Shown here: piece by piece, positions 39,981 to 48,587 of the stretch
How the letters are laid out: the number at the start of each line of letters is the position of its first letter
How positions within the stretch are numbered: the stretch's first letter is position 1
Source of the DNA: an uncultured Phycisphaera sp.
Lineage (GTDB): Bacteria > Planctomycetota > Phycisphaerae > Phycisphaerales > Phycisphaeraceae
Assembly (NCBI GenBank): GCA_964496285.1
Contig: CAZBXW010000009.1
Span: 7,366 to 71,365 of the forward strand
Length of the DNA: 64,000 bases
Direction of reading: 5' to 3'
Program-made: the position numbers and the translations under genes
Notes under the pieces: model-generated
What the model saw: only the letters and a program-made list of their open reading frames with translations
Told to the model about the DNA's origin: nothing
Database searches by the model: none

Positions 39981-41225
39981 TCACGACAAGCGCAGCGACT
40001 CGACCACGGGCAGTGGGCCGACCAGCGGCAGGGCGTATTCCTTGAACGTGTCGTTGATGTTGTTGCCCTCGTCGTTGACGTAGCGACGGTCGAGCGTGCG
40101 TGTCTTGGCAGCCACTTCGCTCAGCTCGATGCGTTGGTACTCGACGCGGTAAGGTTCACTGCTCTTGCGCTGGATGGCGACGGAGCCGTCGAGCTTGCCG
40201 GCCATGGCGAGCTCAGCGGCGACGCGGCCGACCTGGCGCGCCTCTTCGGCGTCCACGCTCGAGGTGCAGCCCACGAACGACCGCTGCATGTAGCCGAACG
40301 TGTCCGCTCGGACGCGGAGTTTCTTGCCCAGTCGGCGCTTGATGTGGATGGCCAGGAAGTCGCCCAGGGCGCCGGAGCCCGAGAGCTGCACGTTGCCGTG
40401 CGCGTCGCGTTCGACGTTGTGGCCCTGCTCCGTGGCGAGCTTGACGGCGATGGGCATGCCGTGCTTGTAGAAGTCGGTGGGCTTGCCGTCGTCGATGCCC
40501 TCGCTCACGGAGATCAGGCACCTGCCGAACCGGTTCATCACGCGGTCCACGTCGGCGACGAACCGCTCCTCGTCGAAGGGGACCTCCGGGACGTAGACCA
40601 GGTGCGGGCCGTCGTCCTCGTTGCGTCGCCCGAGCATGGCGGCGGCGGTGAGGAAGCCGGCGTGACGACCCATGATGACGTTGATCTTGACGCCCGGCAG
40701 CGCCTTGTTGTCGAGGTTGTCGCCCATGAAGGCGCAGGCGACGAAGCGAGCCGCGGAGCCAAATCCGGGGGTGTGGTCGTTGTGCACCAGGTCGTTGTCG
40801 ATGGTCTTGGGCACGTGGAAGCAGCGCAGGTCGTAGCTGGTCTTCTTCGCCAGGTCGTTGACGATCCTGCAGGTGTCGGAGGAGTCGTTGCCGCCGACGT
40901 AGAAGAAGAAGCGGACGTTGTGCTTGGTGAGGTGTTCGAGGATGCGAGCGCAGTAGGCCTCGTCGGGCTTGTCGCGGGTGGAGCCCAGCGCGGAGCTTGG
41001 GGTGGCGGCGATGCGTTCGAGCCGATCCTGCGGGACGCTCTGCAGCTCGATGAACTGATCGTTGACGATGCCGCGCACGCCGTGGAGCGAGCCGAGGATT
41101 TTCTGGATGCCGGTCTTGCCACGCAGCGCCTCGACGACGCCCACGAGGGACTGATTGATGACCATGGTCGGCCCACCGGACTGTCCGATCAGGGCGTTGC
41201 CGTGGGGGATCGTGGATTCAGGCAT
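39981..41225 (-). CDS. phosphofructokinase paralog, PPi-PFK-like (GGNDS / PKTIDND signature)
   Basis: GQSGGPTMVINQSLVGVV, YVGGNDSSDT, HVPKTIDNDL, MGRHAGFL. Confidence 0.85.
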   Translation of the reverse strand: MPESTIPHGNALIGQSGGPTMVINQSLVGVVEALRGKTGIQKILGSLHGVRGIVNDQFIELQSVPQDRLERIAATPSSALGSTRDKPDEAYCARILEHLTKHNVRFFFYVGGNDSSDTCRIVNDLAKKTSYDLRCFHVPKTIDNDLVHNDHTPGFGSAARFVACAFMGDNLDNKALPGVKINVIMGRHAGFLTAAAMLGRRNEDDGPHLVYVPEVPFDEERFVADVDRVMNRFGRCLISVSEGIDDGKPTDFYKHGMPIAVKLATEQGHNVERDAHGNVQLSGSGALGDFLAIHIKRRLGKKLRVRADTFGYMQRSFVGCTSSVDAEEARQVGRVAAELAMAGKLDGSVAIQRKSSEPYRVEYQRIELSEVAAKTRTLDRRYVNDEGNNINDTFKEYALPLVGPLPVVESLRLS

Positions 41226-41330
41226 GAAAAGCTCCCATGGGAAAAAGAATGCAAGGTCTGATTCGGGCGGGGAGCGGACATTCTAGGGAGGCGCGGAGAT
41301 GGGGCAAGTCGGGGGCGCGGGTGGGACTTT

Positions 41331-41437
41331 CTTGACAGGATTACAGGATGCGCAGGATCAACAGGATCAAATCAGACGAAGAAGGGAAAGACAAGATCGA
41401 ATCGTGTCGATCCTGCGCACCCTGTAATCCTGTCAAG
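41331..41437. repeat. tandem-word palindromic element, A-type
   Basis: 29-bp arms cttgacaggattacaggatgcgcaggatc / gatcctgcgcaccctgtaatcctgtcaag, with 1 mismatch. Confidence 0.85.
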
Positions 41438-41456
41438 AATCTGATCGATCCCGGAC

Positions 41457-41702
41457 TCACGCCTGAGCAGGCGGGGCGGGGTCGGGCGCGGGGGTGGGGG
41501 TAGCGGTGGGGTTGGACTTGGCAGCCTCGGCTTTGGCTTTCTGCACCGCCAACTCGCGGCGGTTGACCTGCATGTCGCGGGGGAAATCGAAGGACAGACG
41601 CACCTTGTCGCCGTGGATCTCCACCACGCGAATGACGCCCAGCGGCTTGGCGGGGTCGCCGATGACGATCTCTTCGCCGATGCGTCGCGTCAGAGCCAGC
41701 AT
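41457..41702 (-). CDS. csrA: carbon storage regulator CsrA with Pro/Ala-rich C-terminal extension
   Basis: MLALTRRIGEEIVIGD...VRLSFDFPRDMQVNRRE matches the CsrA fold. Start trimmed to ATG 41702. Confidence 0.85.
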   Translation of the reverse strand: MLALTRRIGEEIVIGDPAKPLGVIRVVEIHGDKVRLSFDFPRDMQVNRRELAVQKAKAEAAKSNPTATPTPAPDPAPPAQA

Positions 41703-41869
41703 CCGTACCTGCTCCCTTGTCCCACTGCTTTGGGTATTCGAGGCTCCGCTCGTCCGGAGCCTGCCTCGAACGTCCCTGGCGGTGAGCGTCCAACAAACCC
41801 ATCGGCTCAATCAGCGTCGCAACGATGGGAAATCCCCACGGTTACCCGTAAAGGGATGGATTTCAAGGG

Positions 41870-42133
41870 TTAGTGGACCTGCTCCACAGCTTGAATCTCG
41901 GGCACTTTCTCGCGGATGTTGCGTTCGATGCCCATGTGCAATGTGATCGAACTCGAAGGGCAGCCCACGCAAGCGCCGTGCAGACGGATCCGCGCCACGC
42001 CCGTGGGCGTCACCTCGACCAACTCGACGTCGCCGCCATCGGATTTGACCGCGGGACGGATGCGCTCGACCACCGCCGCCACGCGGGCGAAAAGACTCGA
42101 CTGGCCAGAGACGGGGAGGGTTTCCTGACTCAT
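41870..42133 (-). CDS. NifU-like (Nfu C-terminal domain) Fe-S assembly protein
   Basis: IRPAVKSDGGDVELVEV...GACVGCPSSSITL (CxxC) motif. Start ATG 42133. Confidence 0.85.
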   Translation of the reverse strand: MSQETLPVSGQSSLFARVAAVVERIRPAVKSDGGDVELVEVTPTGVARIRLHGACVGCPSSSITLHMGIERNIREKVPEIQAVEQVH

Positions 42134-42277
42134 CGGCGCACCTAAGCCCAGAGACGATGCGAAACACAATGTACAACGAGTTTTACAATCGTAGCCTCGC
42201 CCGTCGGCTTTGTCCAGTCCGCAGCCCAGCGCCAGCTGGAAGGAAGACACCGCAGCGCGCATGCATTCCTGCGTCGC

Positions 42278-43114
42278 TCAGTCGCAGGTGTTGGTTTCTG
42301 AGCTGCGTCGTCGCTGGATCAATGCGGGCATTCCCAGTAGCACCACGACCGCAGTGCAAGGCTCGGGCAGGTGAGGCTGGAGCGATTCACCGAACGGTCG
42401 ATTGGCGATGCCCGGGTTCAAGGCGTAATCCCAGCCCGACAACCGCAGCGATAGCGGGGTGGTCTGGCCTACCAGATGCGTTGCTCCGTCGATCGACGTG
42501 GGCTGATTCGAGTCGTCGAGCGGAACGGAGATCGCGTTCTGCGGGTTCGCAAGCGCGACCATGGTTCCGCTGCTGTCCCAGGGGTGGGCAAGCGTGACGC
42601 CTGCGGGGCCGAAGGTCAGCGAAGCGAGCAGCGATGCGCCGTTGAGACTGCTCAGCTGAGCGTCGATCGTGCCGCCAAGGGGAACCAGCTTTGTGGGGCG
42701 GTCAAAGACCAGGATGCTGCGCGCGTCATTGAATGGATAGCCTGATGCAAGAAGGTGTTGCGTGAGATGCCCGGGGAGGGGCGATGGATTGGGATAAGCC
42801 TGCGTGTCCCAGCTCTGGCCGCTCTGGAGCAGGGCGATGAGGCGAACCGCTGGTCCATCCGGAACGTGGATCACCTCAAGCACCTGCCCGAAGCTCGGGC
42901 CAGAACGAGCGCGGGTCACGATCACGTCCACCGCTCTTAAGCTGCCCAGCCCGGAAATTTCGACGTAGGGAGTAAGCAGTTGGCCCAGTTCGTTGGTGCG
43001 GTCAGAAGTGGAAACCTCGCTCACGAACACAGCGCCATTCGCAGCTGCACAGAGACACAGCAACGTCAACCCGCCCGTGAGGTGAACCAGCTTCCGTGCC
43101 AACATTGATGACAC
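42278..43114 (-). CDS. PEP-CTERM-anchored secreted protein
   Basis: N-terminal signal peptide. C-terminal LPEP + hydrophobic helix + RRR sorting signal. Confidence 0.75.
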   Translation of the reverse strand: MSSMLARKLVHLTGGLTLLCLCAAANGAVFVSEVSTSDRTNELGQLLTPYVEISGLGSLRAVDVIVTRARSGPSFGQVLEVIHVPDGPAVRLIALLQSGQSWDTQAYPNPSPLPGHLTQHLLASGYPFNDARSILVFDRPTKLVPLGGTIDAQLSSLNGASLLASLTFGPAGVTLAHPWDSSGTMVALANPQNAISVPLDDSNQPTSIDGATHLVGQTTPLSLRLSGWDYALNPGIANRPFGESLQPHLPEPCTAVVVLLGMPALIQRRRSSETNTCD

Positions 43115-43207
43115 TCAAGCCCCTGATGGCAGTGACATGAATTTGTCATCGGGATTATACCGACCCCCGAAAGGATCAACAATAGGGGCCTTAGAGAGAC
43201 CAAACTG

Positions 43208-43281
43208 AGCCGCCGATGAACGCCAATAAAGGGCTGGTTTCGTTAGTCATATCCTCGTTCATCGGCGTTGATCGGCGGCTC
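43208..43281. repeat. tandem-word palindromic element, C-type
   Basis: gagccgccgatgaacgccaat ... cgttcatcggcgttgatcggcggctc. Confidence 0.75.
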
Positions 43282-43306
43282 ATCCTGCAGCTAAGTCACC
43301 AATTTC

Positions 43307-44464
43307 TCACACGAACTGGAGCCTCTGCGCACTTCGCCGAATCGACCAGCCCAGGGTGCCCAACACCAGCGCGCCCAGCAGCAGCGTCGTAGGCTCGGGC
43401 ACCGGCGGAGGCGCGAAGGCCATGCCGCCCTCGAAATTGGCCGCCCTGCCCGTCACCAGTTCGATCGCTGCTGCCGAGGCGAACAGTGTTGCCTCCAGAT
43501 TGCGGTCCACGCGGTAGATCGAGTTGGTCGTCCGATCACCGAAGTAGAAGTTCCCCGCTGCGTCGAACGCGGTGCCGCCTTCGAGGTCCGCTTCGCTGCC
43601 CACCAAAGCATCGAGAAACGTCTGCGACAGGAGCGCGCTCAGATCGTTGTCGGTCAGTCGCAGGGTCAGGTAGGCGTCTGGCTCTTCCGGGGGAAGTGGG
43701 TTGTGCCCATCATCCCCGCCGCCGCCCGACCCGTCGTTGCCCACCACAAGATCGCCCGTGATCGGGTCCACGCTCAGGAACAGGTCCAGGTCAAAGAGCA
43801 GCGGATCGTTGTCAAACGGCGGCAGCCCCGAGGCCACGACACTCACGCCCCCGTCGCTCTGGATGGCGAAGATCGTGTCGGGGAATCCGTCTGACACCAC
43901 GTAGACCTTGCCGTCGCTGGTGGCGGCGATCCCGGTCTTGACGCTCACCGTCTCGAACCCGGCGACCGCCGCGACGCCCGCCGCCTGCAGCGCCGCTTCG
44001 TTCACCAGCACGCTTGCGACGCCGGTGGTGGTGTTGACCTTCAGCACGCTGTCGCTGGCCGAGTCGGTGACGTACAGGAAGCCATCGGCGCCGATGTCCA
44101 CCCCACGCGGGTTGGCGTCCCCCGCGCCGGTGGCGCTCTGGATCGTCGCTGCGTCCGTCAGAACGCTCATCACGCCCTGCGGCGTCCGTTTCACCACCGA
44201 TCGGCTAAGACCCTCGGTGAAGTACATGTTCCCCAGCTTGTCGAACGTCACCCCGCGGTTCTCGAAGTCCACGCCCGCCCCCGGAAGCAGCGCATCAATC
44301 GAGGCACGCGACACCGCCTGGCTCACCGAACCCTCCGGCGTGATCCGCAGGATCGCCCCTCGCCCGAACTCCAGCAGATACAGGTCCGTGGTCTGCGCCA
44401 GCGGGACCGCCTGCGCCGTGGCAGCAAAAACCCCCACGAGCACCGTCGTCATGATGCGTGACAT
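43307..44464 (-). CDS. PEP-CTERM-anchored secreted protein (beta-propeller/NHL-like repeats)
   Basis: Signal peptide, repeated G-x-hydrophobic-YVxD-type blades (GFLYVTDSASDSV; GKVYVVSDG). C-terminal VPEP + TM + RR. Confidence 0.75.
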   Translation of the reverse strand: MSRIMTTVLVGVFAATAQAVPLAQTTDLYLLEFGRGAILRITPEGSVSQAVSRASIDALLPGAGVDFENRGVTFDKLGNMYFTEGLSRSVVKRTPQGVMSVLTDAATIQSATGAGDANPRGVDIGADGFLYVTDSASDSVLKVNTTTGVASVLVNEAALQAAGVAAVAGFETVSVKTGIAATSDGKVYVVSDGFPDTIFAIQSDGGVSVVASGLPPFDNDPLLFDLDLFLSVDPITGDLVVGNDGSGGGGDDGHNPLPPEEPDAYLTLRLTDNDLSALLSQTFLDALVGSEADLEGGTAFDAAGNFYFGDRTTNSIYRVDRNLEATLFASAAAIELVTGRAANFEGGMAFAPPPVPEPTTLLLGALVLGTLGWSIRRSAQRLQFV

Positions 44465-44479
44465 CTTCGATCCTCCTCG

Positions 44480-45454
44480 TTGAACCCAAACCCGCCCGAT
44501 TATATCTTCACCCCTCTAGCTGTGTTCACCCTCGCGCTTCCCCCTCGCTTCGACCTGCCCCGGGCTGTCTGCAGCTACGGCTACTTCATCCTCGCGCCCA
44601 ACCGCTGGGACCCGGTGACCCGGCTCTTCCAGCGACCGCTCCACGCCAGCGAGGATCGACTCCTCACCGTCACGCTCTGGCAGGAGCGTCGCCGTCTGAA
44701 GGTCGCCCACGACGCCGCGATCAACCCTCTGGAACGCTCCCGGCTCACCACGCAGATTCGTCGCATGCTCCGCCTCGACGAGCCCCCGGAACTGTTCCGC
44801 GACTTTCAACGCAAACTCCCGGGGGCGCGACGCGACAACTTCGGCAGGCTCTTTCATTCGCCCACGCTCTTCGAGGACATCGTCAAGACCATCACCACCT
44901 GCAACGTCACCTGGCCCAGCACCATGCGGATGAACACGCTGCTCTGCCAGCACCCGGGCCGCGGTGGGTTCCCTACGCCCACGCAACTCGCCTCGCTCAC
45001 ACCCGCTCAGCTCAAGCGTCGCTGCGGCGTGGGCTACCGCGCCGATCGCATCGTCCGCCTGGCGCGCGACGTGGCGTCGGGCAGGCTCGACCTCGCCCGC
45101 TTCGAGGACCGCGCCCGCAGCACCCAGGACATCTTCGACGACCTGCTCACGATCCACGGCATCGGCCCTTACGCCGCCGCCAATCTCTGCCAGCTCCTGG
45201 GCCGATACGACCGACTGCCCATCGACAGCGAGACCTACCGCCACTTCCGCATCACGCACAAAATCTCCACGCCCCGGAATCCACTCAAACTCCACCGCAG
45301 GATCGAGCGCCACTACGCCCGCTTCGCCCCCTACCAGTTCCTGGCCTACTGGCACGAACTCTGGGGCGACTACCAGTCCCACGCCGGCGACGCCCAGCAA
45401 TGGGAAGCCGCCCAGCACGGCCCAACCTTCACCGCCGCGAGGTTAAAGAAGTGA
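44480..45454 (+). CDS. HhH-GPD superfamily DNA glycosylase (AlkA-like)
   Basis: Helix-hairpin-helix LLTIHGIGPYAAANLCQLLGR followed by a conserved Asp (PIDSE). Confidence 0.75.
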   Translation: MNPNPPDYIFTPLAVFTLALPPRFDLPRAVCSYGYFILAPNRWDPVTRLFQRPLHASEDRLLTVTLWQERRRLKVAHDAAINPLERSRLTTQIRRMLRLDEPPELFRDFQRKLPGARRDNFGRLFHSPTLFEDIVKTITTCNVTWPSTMRMNTLLCQHPGRGGFPTPTQLASLTPAQLKRRCGVGYRADRIVRLARDVASGRLDLARFEDRARSTQDIFDDLLTIHGIGPYAAANLCQLLGRYDRLPIDSETYRHFRITHKISTPRNPLKLHRRIERHYARFAPYQFLAYWHELWGDYQSHAGDAQQWEAAQHGPTFTAARLKK

Positions 45455-45633
45455 TCCGCAGATGACACAGATTCGATTCAGTTAGCTCGGATGGGTCGGA
45501 TCGCTCGGATGAACTGGAGTACCAAGAACAGTTCGTTGAACTGATCTGCTGGGAATCCGACCCATCCGACCCATCCGAGTTCAACTCGTCGTCGTGCGTC
45601 AAAATCTGTGTCATCTGCGTAATCTGCGGATCC
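45453..45633. repeat. tandem-word palindromic element, B-type (largest copy)
   Basis: Perfect 11-bp termini gatccgcagat / atctgcggatc. Inner pair gctcggatgggtcggat / atccgacccatccgagt. Starts inside the TGA of the upstream gene. Confidence 0.85.
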
Positions 45634-45651
45634 TCTTCTGCGTTCGATAAA

Positions 45652-46509
45652 ATGCCCAGCATGGCTGAACCACCGATCGGGATCATCGCCGCGGGGGGGC
45701 GTTTGCCGGTGCTCAGTGCGCTGGGCGTGCGCGCCGCGGGGCGGGAGGTGGCCTGCGTGGGGCTGGCCGGTCAGTACGACCCGCAGATGCCGGCGCTGTC
45801 GCGGCGTTTTGGGCGCAGCGGCGTGGTGCGCGTGGGCCGGTGGGTGCGACTGCTGCGTCGCTGGGGCGTGCGCGAGGCGGTGCTTGTGGGCAAGGTGCGC
45901 AAGGAACGCATGTATGACCCGCTGCGTTTGTTCCGGCAGTGGCCCGACTTCAAGGCCGCCAAGCTCTGGTATCGTGTCCGGCACGACAAACGCACCGACG
46001 CGATGCTCACCGTCCTGTCGGACGAACTGCTGGCCTGCGGGATCACGCTCATCGACACCACCCGCTACATCCCCGACCACCTGGCGCATCAGGGCGTCAT
46101 GACCCGCGTGCAGCCGAGCTCCGCCCTGCAGGGCGACATCACCTTCGGGCTACCCATCGCCCAGGGCGTGGCGGGCCTGGACGTGGGGCAGGCCATCGCG
46201 GTCAAGGAGCGCGAGGTCATCGCGGTCGAAGCGATGGAGGGCACCGACGCGATGATCCGCAGAGCCGGCGAGCTCTGTCGCAGCGGAGGCTGGCTGTTGA
46301 TCAAGATCGCCAAGCCGCAGCAGGACCTTCGCTTCGACGTGCCGACGATCGGGTTGGACACCATCCGCAACGTCAAGGCCGCCGGCGGCCGATGCATCGC
46401 GGTGCAGGCGGGCAAGACCATCATGCTCGACAAACCCCAGCTCATTGCCGAGGCCGACCGCCTGGGCGTGGCGCTGGTGGGTCTGACTGTTGACAAGGCG
46501 CCCCTCTGA
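45652..46509 (+). CDS. lpxI: UDP-2,3-diacylglucosamine pyrophosphatase LpxI (DUF1009)
   Basis: IGIIAAGGRLP N-terminus and C-terminal DVGQAIAVKEREVIAVEAMEGTDAMIRR, typical of LpxI. Confidence 0.8.
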   Translation: MPSMAEPPIGIIAAGGRLPVLSALGVRAAGREVACVGLAGQYDPQMPALSRRFGRSGVVRVGRWVRLLRRWGVREAVLVGKVRKERMYDPLRLFRQWPDFKAAKLWYRVRHDKRTDAMLTVLSDELLACGITLIDTTRYIPDHLAHQGVMTRVQPSSALQGDITFGLPIAQGVAGLDVGQAIAVKEREVIAVEAMEGTDAMIRRAGELCRSGGWLLIKIAKPQQDLRFDVPTIGLDTIRNVKAAGGRCIAVQAGKTIMLDKPQLIAEADRLGVALVGLTVDKAPL

Positions 46510-46522
46510 ATAACTCATGACC

Positions 46523-46595
46523 AGCCGCCGATGAACGCCGATGAACGCGGATAGGAACCGTCCTTCAGATCTTTCATCGCCGTCCATCGGCGGCT
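46523..46595. repeat. tandem-word palindromic element, C-type
   Basis: agccgccgatgaacgccgatgaacgcggat ... ttcatcgccgtccatcggcggct. Confidence 0.8.
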
Positions 46596-46630
46596 AACAC
46601 CGTTTCTCTTCTCCTGCACCGGAGTCTCCT

Positions 46631-46849
46631 ATGCCCTACCTCATCTCTCTCCTGCTGGCGGCGGCGGGGTTCGTGCTGGCGTACCTGCTGGGGCCGATGG
46701 TCGTTGAGAAGCTCGCCAAGGTCACCGTGAAGGTTCCCGACGTCATGTCCATCAACGTCCTGGGCCTGGTGCTGGGCATCCTTCTTTCGGTCCTCGTGTT
46801 CCGCTACAGCCTGCCCTGGCTCAAGAAATCGATGAAGCCCTCCGCATGA
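46631..46849 (+). CDS. small two-TM membrane protein
   Basis: 72 aa. GGAG upstream of the ATG. ATGA overlap with the downstream fpr start. Confidence 0.55.
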   Translation: MPYLISLLLAAAGFVLAYLLGPMVVEKLAKVTVKVPDVMSINVLGLVLGILLSVLVFRYSLPWLKKSMKPSA

Positions 46850-47658
46850 GCAGCGATCCGTTGAACGCCACCGTGCTCGAACGCCGCGACCTGACGCCCG
46901 CGCTGGCGATCGTGCGCGTGGGCGCCGACGCCGGCGAGGTGCCCGAGTTCGAGCCCGGTCAGTTCATCACGCTGGGGCTACCCGGCGCCGAACCGGTGGC
47001 CGGCGACTCGCCCCGCACCGGGCGCGGCCCGCGCCTGGTCCGCAGGGCCTACTCCATCGCCTCGGCGCCTTCGCAGCGCCACTCCGTCGAACTCTTCATC
47101 ACCCTCGTCGAGCAGGGCAAGCTCACCCCGCGATTGTGGGACCTGCCCGCCGGCGGCCGACTCTGGATGGACAGCAAGTGTTCCGGTCACTTCACACTCG
47201 ACTCCTCGCCCCTGGGCTCCAACGCCCCGGACCTCGTCTTCGTCGCCACCGGCACAGGCGTGGCGCCCTTCATCTCCATGATCCGCCACTACCGAGGTCA
47301 GCAACGCTGGCGCAGGCTCGCGGTGCTGCACGGCGTCCGTCTGCCCTGCGACCTGGGCTATCACCACGAACTGTCGCGCTACAGCGCTCAGGACGCGGAC
47401 CTCTGCTACATCCCCTGCGTCACGCGCGAGCCCGACGGAACAAAATGGATCGGCTGGCGCGGACGTGTGCAGAGCGTCCTCGAACCGCAGAGCTTTGCGC
47501 ACCTCACCGGCTGGACTTTGGACCCCGCCCACGCCCACGTCTACCTCTGCGGCAACCCCGCCATGATCGACGAGGTCCAGGCACAACTCACGCGCCGGGG
47601 TTTCACGGTGCAGACCCGGCAGACCCCGGGGAATCTGCACTTCGAGCGCTACTGGTGA
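46846..47658 (+). CDS. fpr: ferredoxin--NADP(+) reductase
   Basis: FAD-binding RAYSIAS, NADP-binding FVATGTGVAPF, C-terminal FERYW. Confidence 0.9.
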   Translation: MSSDPLNATVLERRDLTPALAIVRVGADAGEVPEFEPGQFITLGLPGAEPVAGDSPRTGRGPRLVRRAYSIASAPSQRHSVELFITLVEQGKLTPRLWDLPAGGRLWMDSKCSGHFTLDSSPLGSNAPDLVFVATGTGVAPFISMIRHYRGQQRWRRLAVLHGVRLPCDLGYHHELSRYSAQDADLCYIPCVTREPDGTKWIGWRGRVQSVLEPQSFAHLTGWTLDPAHAHVYLCGNPAMIDEVQAQLTRRGFTVQTRQTPGNLHFERYW

Positions 47659-47661
47659 GCC

Positions 47662-48534
47662 TCACCGATTGGCCTTGCCCGCCACGTCGTGCGGCTCGCC
47701 TTCCTGCACCGCTGCCGGGCCGCGCACCGCTGTGTCGCGACGGATGATCGTCCAGGTTCGGCCCGCCGCGTCGGTCACGCCCGAGCGCCGCTTCGCATCA
47801 CCGCTCACCTCCGGGTAGCCGATCTGCGCGTGAACGTAGAGCGGCGCGTTGACGATCAATCGCCCCTGGTAGTACCGGCACGAGGCGTATTGGCCGCCGT
47901 TCTCCGTCCAGCGGTCCGGCTCGATCGTCTGGCGGATCAGCTCGGCGATCTCCTGGCCCTTCTCGCTCTTGGTCTTGCGCGGCTCGTCGCGCTGCACGTC
48001 GTCGAAGATCGTCGTGGTCACCCGCGCCGCGCCGCCCCCGCCGCTGCCGCCGGAGTTGGTGTTCGAGAGCGACTGGTTCAGGTCCATCGTCGGCGCGTCG
48101 TCGAAGACGGGCACCTCGTGCAGCAGATCGCCCACGTTGTACACGCGCAGCACCGTCTGCTTGTTGGCCATGTTCTTGGTCATCACCTGCACATACCAGG
48201 GCGTGGTCTCGAAGATCAACTCCGAGGCCTCCTCGGTGGCGATGAGCTTCATGAGCAATCCGAGCAACTGCCCCGAGGGGACGTGGCGCATGTTGATCTC
48301 CACGCGCCGCTCCGGGTCGATGCCCTCGTTGGCCAGGGCCTGCCAGTTCATGATCAGCGGGATGTCGCTGCTGCGCGACCACCACTCGAAAGCGCGCTGC
48401 GCCGAGGCGTCCAGGTCCACCGGGTCGATGATGTCGCGCATCTTCGACTCGATGCTCCGCGGCGAAGCGTCCTGCGCCGGGGCCAGGTTCGTGCAGAGCA
48501 AGAGGGCCGACACCAGCAGCGTGAGTCTTCGCAT
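47662..48534 (-). CDS. hypothetical secreted protein
   Basis: Signal peptide MRRLTLLVSALLLCTNLAPAQ at ATG 48534. Gly/Ser linker SGGSGGGG. The upstream 380 codons of ORF 47662..49680 are out-of-frame overlap with the AI-2E gene. Confidence 0.6.
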   Translation of the reverse strand: MRRLTLLVSALLLCTNLAPAQDASPRSIESKMRDIIDPVDLDASAQRAFEWWSRSSDIPLIMNWQALANEGIDPERRVEINMRHVPSGQLLGLLMKLIATEEASELIFETTPWYVQVMTKNMANKQTVLRVYNVGDLLHEVPVFDDAPTMDLNQSLSNTNSGGSGGGGAARVTTTIFDDVQRDEPRKTKSEKGQEIAELIRQTIEPDRWTENGGQYASCRYYQGRLIVNAPLYVHAQIGYPEVSGDAKRRSGVTDAAGRTWTIIRRDTAVRGPAAVQEGEPHDVAGKANR

Positions 48535-48587
48535 GGCGTGCTCCCGATCCAGGGATGTAGGGATTGTCGGGGCGCGGACCGGGAGAA

